A stretch of DNA of 64,000 nt, taken from NCBI RefSeq assembly GCF_001194135.2, contig NC_068982.1:78809002-78873001 (forward strand), in the 5' to 3' direction. The translations under genes and the position numbers were made by a program. Shown here piece by piece: positions 25,928-38,614 of the stretch. This DNA comes from Octopus bimaculoides (taxonomy: Eukaryota). The notes under the pieces were generated by a model. The model was not told the DNA's origin and made no database searches. It saw only the letters and a list, made by a program, of their open reading frames with translations. How positions within the stretch are numbered: the first letter of the stretch is position 1; every line of letters starts with the position of its first letter.

Positions 25928-26029
25928 TCTACTCCAGTTGAACCAGGTCACCCACAAACTGGAGTCACAGCACAAACAAATCGAGATATGGGACCGAGTC
26001 GAGACAGACATACTTCTGCACCTAATAAG
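25928..26029 (+). CDS. CSNK1G: CK1 gamma C-terminal tail exon; 102 nt, phase 0/0
   Basis: ttaattttttag|TCT ACT CCA GTT ... CCT AAT AAG|gtaatt. Translation STPVEPGHPQTGVTAQTNRDMGPSRDRHTSAPNK is stop-free and in frame with the exon ending at 15773. It begins STPV, like the [S/P]TPV that follows the kinase domain in Drosophila gish and vertebrate CSNK1G. Too short for the ORF track. Confidence 0.85.
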
Positions 26030-29000
26030 GTAATTTTATAAATGTAATTCTTAAATGCAATTAACCCAAAACTGATTTGTTATTTAAATTATAGTAAGAT
26101 TTCTTCTTTTTTTTTTTTGCGCATGTTCTGATATATATATATATCTGCTGGTTTCCTTTTGCTATAGAATGTCTGTTAGTGGGCCATGCACGTTACAAAA
26201 CTATTAGTTATTGTAAACTAGTTTCTCAGAGAGGTGGGGGTAGAAATGATTTATTCAACCACAACAAAAAATAAACATGAATTTGTATGAATTGTGAATG
26301 AAAAGAAGTTTTTTTTTTTTTTTAAAAAAAAGATGTTATGTTTGTTTTGAGTTATTGAAGGATTGCCAAAGTATTCAATTTTCTATAGTAATAGATGTCA
26401 TATTATTAGCTTGACTACTTTACTAGAAAGGAAAATGACTGAGCCAATGTTAGCAGTACAACCTCAAGAATCAGAGCAATGTGTAAACAGCTCTCAAAGA
26501 AACTTGAAATTCTTATAATTAGGGTGTGCTTTCTTTTAAGACAGAACATTTATATGTAAATTTCTTAAGAAAAATCTTCAGTATGAAGGCACTATGAGTT
26601 CTTTGGACAGTTTTAGAACTAGGTTAGGCCACAAGAAGTAATAGTGGAACTTGTAATAAAAATAGATATAGATTAAAGATCACAGTGGTTAAGTTGTGAG
26701 TAGATGATATATTCTGATAGAAGAGACACCTAGCATTGCTCATTTAACTAGGTTCAGTAGAGAAGGAATTGCTATCTTCCCTGTTGGCCACAAAATATTT
26801 TCTGCTTATGATATGAGAAGTGTTGCAGTAAAAGTGGTGTAAATACAGTAAAATTCCATAGGTTCAAGAGTAATGAAAGAAAATTGAGTTAATTAGGATC
26901 TATTGGGTAGATGAGTTTTACCTTGGAGAAAGTAACTGCATAACAAAGACTTTGGTTGATGTGTACAAGAAAGAGGCTATTGGTATACAACTGATGATTA
27001 AAAAAGTGTTGTGAATTGACAGTAGCAATGGTGGAGATGGATCAGGGAAGATGTAAAGAGTAATAACTAGACTAGCTCTATAAAGTGACAACATTGAGGT
27101 ACATTTAGGGTGAGCACTCATGTGAATCCTGGTTAATGGGATCTATGGAAGGACAATGATCCTACAAAACCAAGTATTTATGGTTTATGTCAACCACAGA
27201 GTATTATATAAATTGAATAAAAGAATAAAGGTATTGGTACCACATTTATTATCTGGTTATACTTAAAATTATGTAACCATTGTTTATATTGATTCCAGCG
27301 TGCTAAATGATTTAATCTCATCCCCATCTGTTATTGAAATGATCATAATTGGGTAGTAAATGAGATACCAAAATCTTTCTTTTATTTATTTTATACATAT
27401 ATATTTATTAGTGAAGACTAGCAGTTATTTGACAGCTACATATGTTTTAAAGCTCTTTCATGACAGCTTTTGTGAATGAATGAATAAGATTAGTCATTAC
27501 TTGAATACATGTGTGTGGATGTGCACCTACACATACTGAAGAATCAGGTAGTTCCTGTGCAGTAAGTTTGCATTTTGATACTAGTTTGTTACTTCAGAAA
27601 TGGTTGTCTGCATGAGAAACCATCTTTGTATCATCTTGGGTTGCAAATCACTAAGTTGTTGCCTACCACAAGATGTAAACTAATCTGTAAATTTCTATCC
27701 TAATATATTTTATTCCTAACACACACACACACACACACATGCACACATACATGCCTGGATTATATTTCAATGTATACCTTTTTCCAAAATGCAGGTAAGT
27801 TTTAGTGAAGGTATTTTTTGATACACTAAAGTTGATTTCTTTATTTAAACACATAATCTGTAATGTTTTTTGCTTGACTATTGCAATGCTATCTATGTCA
27901 TCTTAACTTTTCTTTTTACTGCAAGCACTTCTATCTCTTTTTCTTTCTTTTCTTTTTCATTTTCCTAAGAATATAGAAGTGGTGTGATTTATAGTTTGAC
28001 AGTTATTTGAAAGTTGTAGATTGTGAAGATCCTTTGATTTGACCTATTTTAAAGATCATTGATAGTCTATAATTTATTTCCCAGAATACACACGCACATA
28101 TACACATGATGGGTACATGCTGACAATTCTTATTTCTCGCCCTTACTTTTTACTGTTTATTACTTGCTCATACAGTATAAATTTATATAACACTAAATTT
28201 ATTCAAAATGCATTCTCTTGTGATTAAATAGTTGTGATTTTAGAGTATACCATTGTGTATACAAGTTAACTTTATAACCTGATTATAGTTATGAAGTTTC
28301 TAACCATTTCACTCTCATTACTGTCTTGGAAAGGCATAAATGTCATTCTTAGTCTTTGAGACCTTGTGTGTATGTAAGAATGCATTTATTCTGAGAATAG
28401 AATAGTTACCCAAAACTGCAATGAGGTGGCCTACCTGATTTACAGTATACAAAGACAGTTACTGTTCAAGTTCTGGTTCAAATCTCACCAGCATTAACTT
28501 TGCCTTTCACCCTTCCATGGCCAACAAAATAAGATTGCATATCAGTTACATACTGGGGATCACTTATATTAAACTAGTGTTAAGACAAACGGTATCTTTA
28601 TCCGTTCCCTAATCCCTCTCAGGTGCAGTGACCAAATGGAAAGATGTACTGAACTCTTGCTCTTGAGTTTGTCTTCATTACAGATGTATATCTCTACTTA
28701 CCTAAGGCTTCATGTCAAATTAAATTAAATAATAATAATTTATTATTATTATTTCTGTTATTGTTAAGGTGGATGCAAAAGTTGTCAACAAATGAAGCTC
28801 ATCACCTGTTTTTGATTCCGGTTGGAAGTTCTTCACTTAAATTGGTTTTCTATATAAATATGGGAATCCATCCCTAAACATGAAACTTTTACTATTTTTG
28901 TTGTTGTTATTATTTCAAAATTTCTGAGAGAAAAAAAAATTTAATCACAAAAAATGAAAAAGTTCCTGTTAATTCTGTGGATGAGTGTAAAAACAGAAGA

Positions 29001-29082
29001 AAAATAATTGATCCGTCTTGTTTCTCCTTCTGAATAACCCAGGGCATCAGTTTAACAATTACTTATTGAAACTCTCTATCAA

Positions 29083-29154
29083 CACACACACACACACGCA
29101 CACGCGCACACACACACACACGTGTGTGTGTGTGTGTATATATATATATTTATA

Positions 29155-29235
<81 letters not shown>

Positions 29236-29326
29236 TCATCATGTATGTGTATATATGTATGTGTGCATATATATATATATATGTATGTATGTGTATATAT
29301 GTGTGTGTGTGTATACACACACACAT
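29083..29326. repeat. Compound (CA)/(TG)/(TA)/(CAT) microsatellite cluster
   Basis: Directly visible. Source of the CV/YI/HT ORFs at 29018-29357. Confidence 0.95.
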
Positions 29327-30585
29327 ATGCATGTTAGCTGAAAAGTTCATAGGATGACCAGCATTATCTCATGGAATGTGACCAAATGAAGTTTATCTTT
29401 CAACATAGTCCCCCTTGCAGTCCACACATTTCTTCCATTGGTGTTACAGTGCTTGGATCCCATTGGTGTAGAAGCTTTCATCCTGTTGCTCATAAATGTC
29501 ATCAACAGCAGTTATGATATCATCATCACTGAGATCCTGGTTCCCAGCCAAATGGTTTTTGATGTTGGGGAACAGATGATAGTTAGATGGGGCCAAAACA
29601 GGAAAATAAAGAGGCTTATCGAACAGTTCCAGGCCACAGTACTGCACAGCAGCCATTGAAACTCATGGACTTGTGTGCTGGAACATTCTCCTGATAAAAC
29701 AAGACCTCTTTCTTCAGTTTTCCTAGGTGTTTGGTCTGGACAGCCTTTTGTAACTGCTTCAGCAAGCTGGTATAGTAGTGTCCATTGATGGTGTGATCCT
29801 TTTGAAAATAGTCAATAAATAAAATACCTTTTGTGTTCCAAAAAGGTGAGGCCGTCATCTTCCCCAAAGATGAAATGGTCTTAGCTTTCCTTGAGCAGGT
29901 GAGGAGAGGTGTTTTCACTGCATGGATTATCTCTTTGTCTCTGGTTCAAAGTGATAAAGCCAACACTCATCTTGAGTTAGGAAATGTTCAAGAAAACCAG
30001 CTGGACCTTCCTCAAACAATGGCAGATTTGCCTGTGATGGTGTCAGCCTGGTATGCTTCTGATCAGGTGTCAGGAGGCATGACATTGACCAAGCAGAAAC
30101 TTTCATGATGCCAAGGTTATTGTGCAGAATATTCTCAACTCCATCACAACATATGCTAATAGCATTGGCTATTTGATTTATAGTCACCATGTGGTGAGCA
30201 CATTCAATGCTTTCCTTGGTGGTGGCAGTTGCAGGATGTCCAGGCTCTCCCTTCCCCTCTGAAATTCAGCTGCCTACTGTTATGCTGTTGATGAAGCTAA
30301 TCTCATCCCCTAATGTAACAATCATATCAACACAAATGTCCTTGGGGGGCTAAACACCTCTTCTGCATGTTGTTGATAACACTGCAATGCCAAATTTTAT
30401 CCATTTTCAAGAGAAGTTGCTACTAGTTACTTTGGAAGTCTTTTTTGAAGAGTCATATGTCAGTTTACCTGGAAAGAAACAAGACAGTTGTTAATAATAA
30501 GAGCTGAAATTAATGCCTGCAAGTTTTCACATCCCTGGCTTCATTCCTTCATAGTCAGCTTATGAACTTTTCAGTGCATGCATGC
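29327..30585 (-). mobile_element. Decayed mariner (DD34D-type) element with TIRs
   Basis: Frameshifted ORFs 29927-30190 (KVSAWSMSCLLT, FLTQDECWLYHFEPETK), 29616-29918 (FWNTKGILFIDY...YQENVPAHKS) and 29444-29656 (PLYFPVLAPSNYHLF, a degenerate YSPDLAPSD). TIR core ctgaaaagttcataggatgac (29338-29358) versus gtcagcttatgaacttttcag (30554-30574). Outer ends approximate. Confidence 0.9.
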
Positions 30586-30590
30586 GCGTG

Positions 30591-30661
<71 letters not shown>

Positions 30662-30744
30662 TGATGTTTTTCTTGTAGTTGTAGCATTTTTCAATAAAAT
30701 TTACTTATACCCATTTGGCTTGGCAGGTCTACAACAAAATATTT

Positions 30745-30939
30745 TTAACCTTTTTGTTACCATGTTTCTGTTGAAATACAGTCTTTGTTTCAATTAATTT
30801 TTCAAATAATGAATTTATTAAATAATTTTGTCATTATTAATTTAACATGAAGTTCTAATATTAAGATCATTGGAAAAGAAAAAAGGCTTTGTACCTGTGA
30901 TCTAGAGTGTTTTCAGGAGATTGGTATCAAAAGGGTTAA
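30745..30939. mobile_element. TTAA-flanked (piggyBac-like) MITE, family A
   Basis: ttaa|cctttttgttacc ... ggtatcaaaaggg|ttaa, with TTAA on both sides. Related copies at ~12754-12986 (opposite orientation), ~12250-12480 and ~38810-39040. Confidence 0.75.
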
Positions 30940-30944
30940 ATGCA

Positions 30945-31260
30945 TCGTGATCTTTTAAAATGGTTAACCTTCGGAGATCTGCTTGACCTTCTTTGTCATG
31001 ATCATTCTCTGGTTTTCCCTTACATATTCCACCTGCTCTCACTCCAATGCACAACAATTTTTCAGTGAGCATGCTTCTATTGTATTACACATCCATATCT
31101 GCTTAGGTTTTCCTCTTTGATATAATGGCTTTTGGTGTTTGTGCACTTCTAAAACTTCTTTGCACTTGACCAAACATTTCAGTTAACCATACTTTGCATC
31201 TTCTCATTTCTCAACATTCCTTATCATCGTTTATCATGTTTCACACCAGCAACAGTCTGT
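30945..31260 (-). mobile_element. Heavily decayed RTE-type LINE 3' fragment
   Basis: The reverse complement gives broken traces (RYGCVI, GICKGKPE, VKQISEG) resembling the RWYGHV/GRGRPRKTW/VKHDL end of RTE ORF2. No intact ORF. Confidence 0.45.
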
Positions 31261-31979
31261 AATACCAACAGTAGCAAAAGTTATCTATATTAATATAAAA
31301 ACGTAAAGCTTTAGATTTCACATGACAACCATTAGTGTTTTTTTAATTTAATTATCTCACCATTATCACATTTCAGTCAGCTCTTCATTCTTTAATTAAT
31401 TCTAACTTTTAAACTTCCTTTGCAACCTCCTGAATAGAGGCCCTCACAGGCTTCCAGTTCTGAATCCTTTTAAAAATGTCTTAGAATGAAGAGCTAAGTG
31501 GTATGGGTTGTAACTTGGTACACAACTAGCAGTACCTTAAGCTTTTCACTAAGCATGCTGCTTCTTCTGACTTCACTTTCAGCCCCTTGAACACAACTAA
31601 AGTGCTCTTAGGATCAATCCAATCCACTCCACTTCTCAACATTGGCACCTACTATGAATAAATATTAGTAAACCTAAACAGAAGACTAGAATTGTCTGAA
31701 GCACTAGGTGTACTCACACTTAGTGCCACCTTAGTGTCAATGGGAATGGAATTCCTTTTAAATGATTTGTGTGTGTGTGTGTGTGTTCATTCCTATTTAC
31801 CTTATTCTAAGTTGATATTCAGAAATTCAAAAGGATAATAATGAAATAGCTTGATCACTCCGTCGGTGCTGGTTAAATAAATAAATGTATACATATATAA
31901 ATATAAAAGAAAAAAACCTTCTTGCTCTACAAACATGTGGTGAGTACTTTCTATTTGGCAGTGGATGTTTCTGTTATTA

Positions 31980-32017
<38 letters not shown>

Positions 32018-32020
<3 letters not shown>

Positions 32021-33422
32021 GGTGTAATGAATATATTGTCGTACTGGTTGGGAAGCTCTCTACCTTGACGGGTGGCATTGCCCACCTTAATACACTGGCA
32101 CCCCGGGGTCCCTTCCACCCTTTACAGGCCTGCAGGGGCATGGCCCTGGGGCTGGTGGATGCGATCACCAAAAGTAAGGACCTCGATGCACAGCCAATTT
32201 GCCCTGAGTCCGCAGAAATGAAAATAACACTGACATCTCTGAAATACTAAAGAGTAAATTTATTCAATAAAATTGCTATTGGCTTCAACCATTACCTCCA
32301 GATGACTTCAGAATCTCCTGCAGTTCTTCTGGATGGCCCCTTTGTTTAAGTTGGTGAATGCTGCTATAATCTTTGCCTTCAGTTCATCCTTGGTGTTACA
32401 TGGAGTTTTGTTGGTCTCTTGCTCAACTGCACCCCACACAATCAAGGGGGTTGCAGTCTGTGGAGTTAGGTGGCTGGATGTTGGGGTGATGTGGTCGTAG
32501 AAATTGTCTGAAAGCCATGACTGGGTTCTCCTGCTTGTGTGGCATGGTGCAGAGTCCTGTTGCCAGACATAATGTCTTCTAGCAGTCACCTTCTTGACCC
32601 AGGGCAGCACTACCTCCTCCAAGCACTTGATGTAAGCATCCATGTTTAGTATGAGGCCGTGTAGGAATTTGAATGGAAGCATAATGTTGCCGTCATTACT
32701 GATCACTCCAAACACCATGATGTTGACTGGATGTTTGATTTTTTTTTCACTCTCAGTACATGTTTTGGGGACACGGCAAGCCAACAGTTCTATATGTTCA
32801 CCATCTGATCCTGGCAGAAATTTTTCTCGTCTGAGAAAAACCAAAGCAGGTTTGATTGGAGGTGATGCTTGAGTTTGTTCAAAAGCTTCATAGTGCAGTC
32901 TTTCTTCTTGTCCTTGATGGCTTGGGATAAAAATTAGTCCTTTCTCATCTTGTGTGAAGAATACCAAATGTCTTCATGTACTACCTGCCTGATAAGAAAC
33001 TCCCATCTTTCTGGCGATGGACCTGATTGACTTGGAGGGATTGTTGTCAATCATGGCCTGGATCTCACCAACAAATTCAAGAGCTCTTTTCTTATCAGAA
33101 TGATCAGAGTTGAGTTTTTTGAGCTGCTGTACCTTCGTAATCACCATTAGACTCATCCAACTCTTTCTGAATCCTCTGCACTGTCCTCAGTTTGACACCT
33201 AAACACTCTGAAATGTTTGTATTGGAACTTCTTGTGCATATGCCAAGCAGTACAGTATGTTGTTTCCAAGTTCTTGGCAGAGTGAATTGCATCATGGTGC
33301 TGTTTTTCTTACAAACGGTTCTCAACTGACCCTACTATACTGTGTAGTTAACAAAATCAAAATTAAACAATGTGCAAAAGTAAATATATAAAATGGCGAC
33401 AATTTACCCCATTGCACACTGT
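32018..33422 (-). mobile_element. Decayed maT (DD37D)-type Tc1/mariner element
   Basis: ORF 32308-32967 contains HPVNIMVFGVISNDG...YVWQQDSAPCHTSRRTQSWLSDNF...WGAVEQETNK; N-terminal fragments lie at 32974-33325. TIRs cagggtgtaatgaatatattgtc and gacaatttaccccattgcacactg; TA follows the right end. Confidence 0.88.
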
Positions 33423-33969
33423 ATTATGAAGGCAAAAGAATCTGTGAACATTAACTTAAGAAAGGTTTAACTGCAAGTATAGAATCAGATATACAAATAA
33501 ATTTATTGACACTGATTGGCCTCATCACATTGTTCTATTTATATTATTGGGCATTTGAAGGGAAGGTGGGTTAAATACGATGCAGTGGTAGTTTTACTAT
33601 TCGTGTTGGTGGGGAAGATGAAGTATTGCTTTAGGAATATATGTATAGTTTAACTAATGAGATTTTGTGTGAAGGGGAGAGGATGAAGCCAGAGTGGTGG
33701 GAATTTAAGTGATAAAAGAGGGAAGATAGAAAAAGAAGGAAAAAAAAAACGTGAAAGTATTTGTATTTATAGCATATACAATCATCCTTCCCTGTCTTTA
33801 ACCAAACTTTAATTCTATTTAAAATAAATTGATTGACATTTGGCAGCAGTTGAGTCCTAAGAACTGTCCTTTATCAATTAACTGCTGTTATGAAATCTAA
33901 CAACCTACCACATTCTTTTACCTATCTCTGTACACCTACTATCGTCTTATTTTTTTTTCCACCTCCTCT

Positions 33970-34115
33970 AGGCATGGTTTTCCCAACTGCTCAATTTTAG
34001 GTTCAGTCTTGATGCGTGGAACCTTGAGCAAGTGTCTTCTATGATAGCTCTGGGCCATTTGAAGCCCCTGTGAGTCATTTTGGTAGACATCAACTGAAAG
34101 AAATCTGCCATGCAT
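33970..34115 (+). mobile_element. SINE 5' head
   Basis: ttcccaac...ggttcagtc...cttgagcaagtgtcttcta...tggtagac..aactgaaagaa, the same head as the other copies. Confidence 0.7.
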
Positions 34116-34363
34116 GTATATATACAAAAACTAACTCTTACTACATCATATTTATTACCCAGACACATGCATTCATGTATAATATTGAAAACAAAATGTG
34201 GGATTCACTGCAAAAGGATTCAATAGAAATGTAATGTTTAGGTATTGTACTACCAAAAAACAGAAGAGTCTGTGGCTTGAAAGTTCTGTTAATTGTATGT
34301 TCAATGAGCTATTGCTGGCAAATTTCAAAGTGGCATCAATCATACATTTCTGTCAAGTAAAGT

Positions 34364-34415
<52 letters not shown>

Positions 34416-34419
34416 TGCA

Positions 34420-34845
34420 GGCACCACCACAGTCACATTGGCTTAGAAGTTTGATTCTGAACCACAAGATGTAGAATTTGTTTCCACAGCATGGCACTGT
34501 CAACTGGTATCTTCTGCTATGGTCTCAAGCTGACCAGTGCCTTATGAGTGAATTAGTTGATAGAAAATGTAAGAAGCCTTTGGGTGTGTGTCTTCCACTT
34601 GTCTTGATGTTTGTTTGCTAATTAAAGACAGTTGCTCTTCATACAAACAATGCCATTGTTTACAAATTTCTGTGAAAATAGTTCTGCTCATTAAGCTGTA
34701 TACTGTTTTTGTAGGACATGGGGAAATATTACTTTGTGTGGAAATAAGATAAGGTATGACGGCAAAAAGAACATCCAGATACAGAAAATCTGGCTCCCAA
34801 CCCATGCAAGTAAGGAAGACTGGACATTAAAGCAATATTGGTGAT
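34420..34845 (+). mobile_element. Diverged full-length SINE
   Basis: Head, body and tail (acccatgcaagtaagg...ggacattaaa) are colinear with the 2744 and 7681 copies. Confidence 0.6.
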
Positions 34846-35693
34846 GTGTGTGCATGTGAGCAAGCATGCACTCACACTCATACACATGCACGTATACAAA
34901 TAGCAGTATAAAATCTTGGTTTTAGTGGTTTGTTGGTTTGTGTCTCCAGTTATGTTTTACATTGTATAGAGAGAGAGGACGAGGTGAGTAAAAAAAATAC
35001 AGAGAAAGTTAACAAGCTTGTTGGCAGATAAAAGGGATGAGGAAGTAAATTACAGGGTAGTTATGGAAGGAGTTATACAAATGAGAAATTCGTTCTGTTT
35101 TATTCTAAGGCAATAAATTTTTTTTTTTGGAATATTAGTATTCATTTTGTCATTTTGTACCAGCACCCAGAAATTTTACCACCAAACAAGTAGATTTCTA
35201 TTTCTCTTCCATGATGATGATAATGAGCAAGTGTATGTGTATTTGTGTGCATGTACATGTATATTTATATTTTATCACTACAGAAAAGCCAATATGTATA
35301 CTGGCTAAAATTCAGCACCTTTCAGATAACAGCTGACATTTAGGTAAAAGTTACCTGATGGGTTTATTGGTGAGAAAAATAAAATATATATCCTATCACC
35401 AGGTCTCTCCCTGCCACACACACACACACACACACGCACGCATGCACTCACACACAACCTCTAGTGATCAAGAAATGTATTCTAAAAAGTTTTTCTCACC
35501 CATAAATGTAACCACTAACTGTTATTTAAACCTTGATTTTGGTAAAAATTAGTTCTGAACAATGCGCTGAATTTTTCCCTGGATATATATATAGACACAC
35601 ACACACACACAAACACACACATATATATATACTTGGAAATGGATGCATCGCATTCAATTAAATAATAAATAACACATAATATGCACACACGCA

Positions 35694-35729
<36 letters not shown>

Positions 35730-35732
<3 letters not shown>

Positions 35733-35954
35733 ATATATGGGTACAAGACGTCTCCAACAGTGCAAATAACATGAAATATGTAAACAAGCAAGGGAAAAAT
35801 GAGTGAGATATGTAGACAAGAAAAAATTTTGGATATTTGTTGAATTCTCGAAGGGTCCTTTCCCTGTGTCTACTTGTCCTGTTTTCCATTTTTTCTTGTT
35901 GTCTACATATTTCCTGTTATTTGCACCGTTGGTGATGTCCTGTACCCATATATG

Positions 35955-35956
<2 letters not shown>
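35730..35956. mobile_element. Fold-back MITE (~227 bp) with ~70-bp imperfect TIRs, flanked by (CA)n on the left and (TG)n on the right
   Basis: Left arm tgcatatatgggtacaagacgtctccaacagtgcaaataacatgaaatatgtaaacaag versus the reverse complement of the right arm, tgcatatatgggtacaggacatcaccaacggtgcaaataacaggaaatatgtagacaac. No coding capacity. Confidence 0.85.
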
Positions 35957-36005
<49 letters not shown>

Positions 36006-36020
36006 ATATATATACACACA

Positions 36021-36892
36021 CAGGGTGCAGCAAAATGATCTGACATATTTGTACATTTGATAAAAGCAAAATACAGTAAGGAACGAAAAATGTGTTTTTA
36101 TTTTTGAAATGTACATATTATGCCATTTTGTTTCACTTGGTTTTAAAAATTAAATCAGTCAAGTGGGTGCCGTTACTGTCCACACACTGTCGAAAGGCAG
36201 TGTCATTTCATGTGGAATGGCAGAAATTTCTTGATAAATGGCTTCTTTTAATTGTTCAATAGATCGAGGGCAATGAGTGTATACTTCTGATTTCAAGTAT
36301 CCTCACAGAAAAAAATTGCATGGGTTCAAATCAGATGATTGGGTGAGCTAATTGATGTCACCACACAATGAGATCAAATGACTGGGGAACATCTCCCTCA
36401 AAATCCCCATCGTACATCAAGAAGTGTGGGCTGCTGCCCCATCCTGTTGAAACCAAACACTGTCCCTATCGTCAAGTTCATTCAATTTGGGTTTCAAAAA
36501 ATTCTCTAACATCACACAGTATTGATCAGAGTTCACAATCACTGTAACATTGTCTCCTTCGAAGACATATGGACCCTAAATGCCAAATTCTGCTGCTGCA
36601 GAATTTCAAGTAGATAAGGGATCATGATTACCAAGCCTTAAGTACACACAGAACAATGTCCATGTTGCAGTTACAGATTCGTTGTTCTTGATAAACATTT
36701 CCACAATGAAAGCGCGATGCTCACTTGTCCAATGCATGTTAACAGCTGAAAGCAAAATATCACAAAATTGCACCTATTGAAACAAAATGGCATTATATAT
36801 ACCTTTTGAAAATAAAAAATACATTTTTTTGTTCTTTACTCTATTTCACTTTTATTAAACCTACAAATGTGTCAGATCATTTTGCTGCACCC

Positions 36893-36894
<2 letters not shown>
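36021..36894 (-). mobile_element. Internally deleted DD41D-type (rosa/long-TIR group) mariner with ~115-bp imperfect TIRs
   Basis: The terminal 33 bp match with one mismatch (cagggtgcagcaaaatgatctgaca[t/c]atttgta); the inverted repeat continues to tgccattttgtttca (36021-36135 versus 36778-36894). Manual minus-strand translation gives MHWTSEHRAFIVEMFIKNNES and WFQQDGAAAHTS*...SSDLNPCNFFL*GYLKSEVY. I counted 41 residues between the QQD Asp and the third catalytic position, which is Asn here. In-frame stops are present. Confidence 0.88.
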
Positions 36895-36951
<57 letters not shown>

Positions 36952-36963
36952 TATTTATATATA

Positions 36964-38088
36964 CAGTGGGGGGAAATAAATATTCGTACTTGTCAAAATT
37001 CTTTATTTATTTAATTTCTAATGAACATAAATGGGATATACCAATACTATATTTGCATACACCTACATAAACTAAGAATATGCAAAAGAAACTAATAAAT
37101 TCTAGTAACTAATGAATTTAGATACAAATATAAATATTTAGGGGTGAAAAAATATTAGTACAGAACATAAATAACTGATAATTCTGATTTAATACTTTGT
37201 AGCATAACCATTATTCAGTTTCACTTCAACCAATCTTTTCGTGTAGTTCTTAATCAATGACTTGCATGTTTCTTTAGGAATTTTTTCCCATTCTTCTTGA
37301 CAAATTTTCTTCAAATCTGAAATGCACATTGGGGCTCTTGAATGAGTTTTAATTTTCAAATAATGCCACATATTTTCAATGGGGTTCAAGTCAGGTGACT
37401 GGCTTAGCCATTCTAATAATTTTATATTGTGATTGACAATCCATTTTTGGTAGATTTTGCTGTGTGCTTAGGGTCATTATCTTGTAAAACCCACCCTTCA
37501 CAAAGCTGGAGCTTTTCTACAGAGTCCCATAAATTATTGTTCAAAATATTTTGGTACATCTCTGCATTCATTCTACCATCTATCACATGTAAATTGCCAG
37601 TGCCATTTGCAGAGAAACACCCCTACACAATGATGTTGCCACCTCCAAACTTTACAGTAGGAATTGTATTTTTTGGCAAATAGGTGGTACCATCTTTCCT
37701 CCAAACATGGCTACGAGAATTTCGTCCAAACAATTCAATTTTCGACTTGTCTGTCCAAAGAACATTTTCCCAGAATGTATCAGATTTATCTTTATGTTCA
37801 TAAACAAATTTTAAACGGGCATCTCTATGCCTTTTAGTCAACAGTGGAGTTTTTCTTGGAGAGCATGACTCCAGTCATACCTATGAAGTTCATTGCTGAT
37901 TGTTCATAGTGTAACACTAGTCCCTGAAGCTAACAAATCTTCTTGCAACTCCTTTCTGGTTATCATTGCGTTTTTTTCGATACTTCACTTCATTTTTCTT
38001 AAAGATCTAGGGGAAATCTTGCGTGGTGCACCGGATCTTATTCTGTTTTCAACAGTTCCCGATTTTTTATATCTTTGAATAAATGAAG
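36964..38088 (-). mobile_element. Decayed Tc1 (DD34E-type) element, 5' end lost in an assembly gap
   Basis: Fragments [49 protein letters not shown] (manual translation) and EWLSQSPDLNPIENMWHYLK. Left terminus ta|cagtggggggaaataaatatt. Confidence 0.9.
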
Positions 38089-38576
38089 NNNNNNNNNNNN
38101 NNNNNNNNNNNNNNNNNNNNNNNNNNNNNNNNNNNNNNNNNNNNNNNNNNNNNNNNNNNNNNNNNNNNNNNNNNNNNNNNNNNNNNNNNNNNNNNNNNNN
38201 NNNNNNNNNNNNNNNNNNNNNNNNNNNNNNNNNNNNNNNNNNNNNNNNNNNNNNNNNNNNNNNNNNNNNNNNNNNNNNNNNNNNNNNNNNNNNNNNNNNN
38301 NNNNNNNNNNNNNNNNNNNNNNNNNNNNNNNNNNNNNNNNNNNNNNNNNNNNNNNNNNNNNNNNNNNNNNNNNNNNNNNNNNNNNNNNNNNNNNNNNNNN
38401 NNNNNNNNNNNNNNNNNNNNNNNNNNNNNNNNNNNNNNNNNNNNNNNNNNNNNNNNNNNNNNNNNNNNNNNNNNNNNNNNNNNNNNNNNNNNNNNNNNNN
38501 NNNNNNNNNNNNNNNNNNNNNNNNNNNNNNNNNNNNNNNNNNNNNNNNNNNNNNNNNNNNNNNNNNNNNNNNNNNN

Positions 38577-38614
<38 letters not shown>

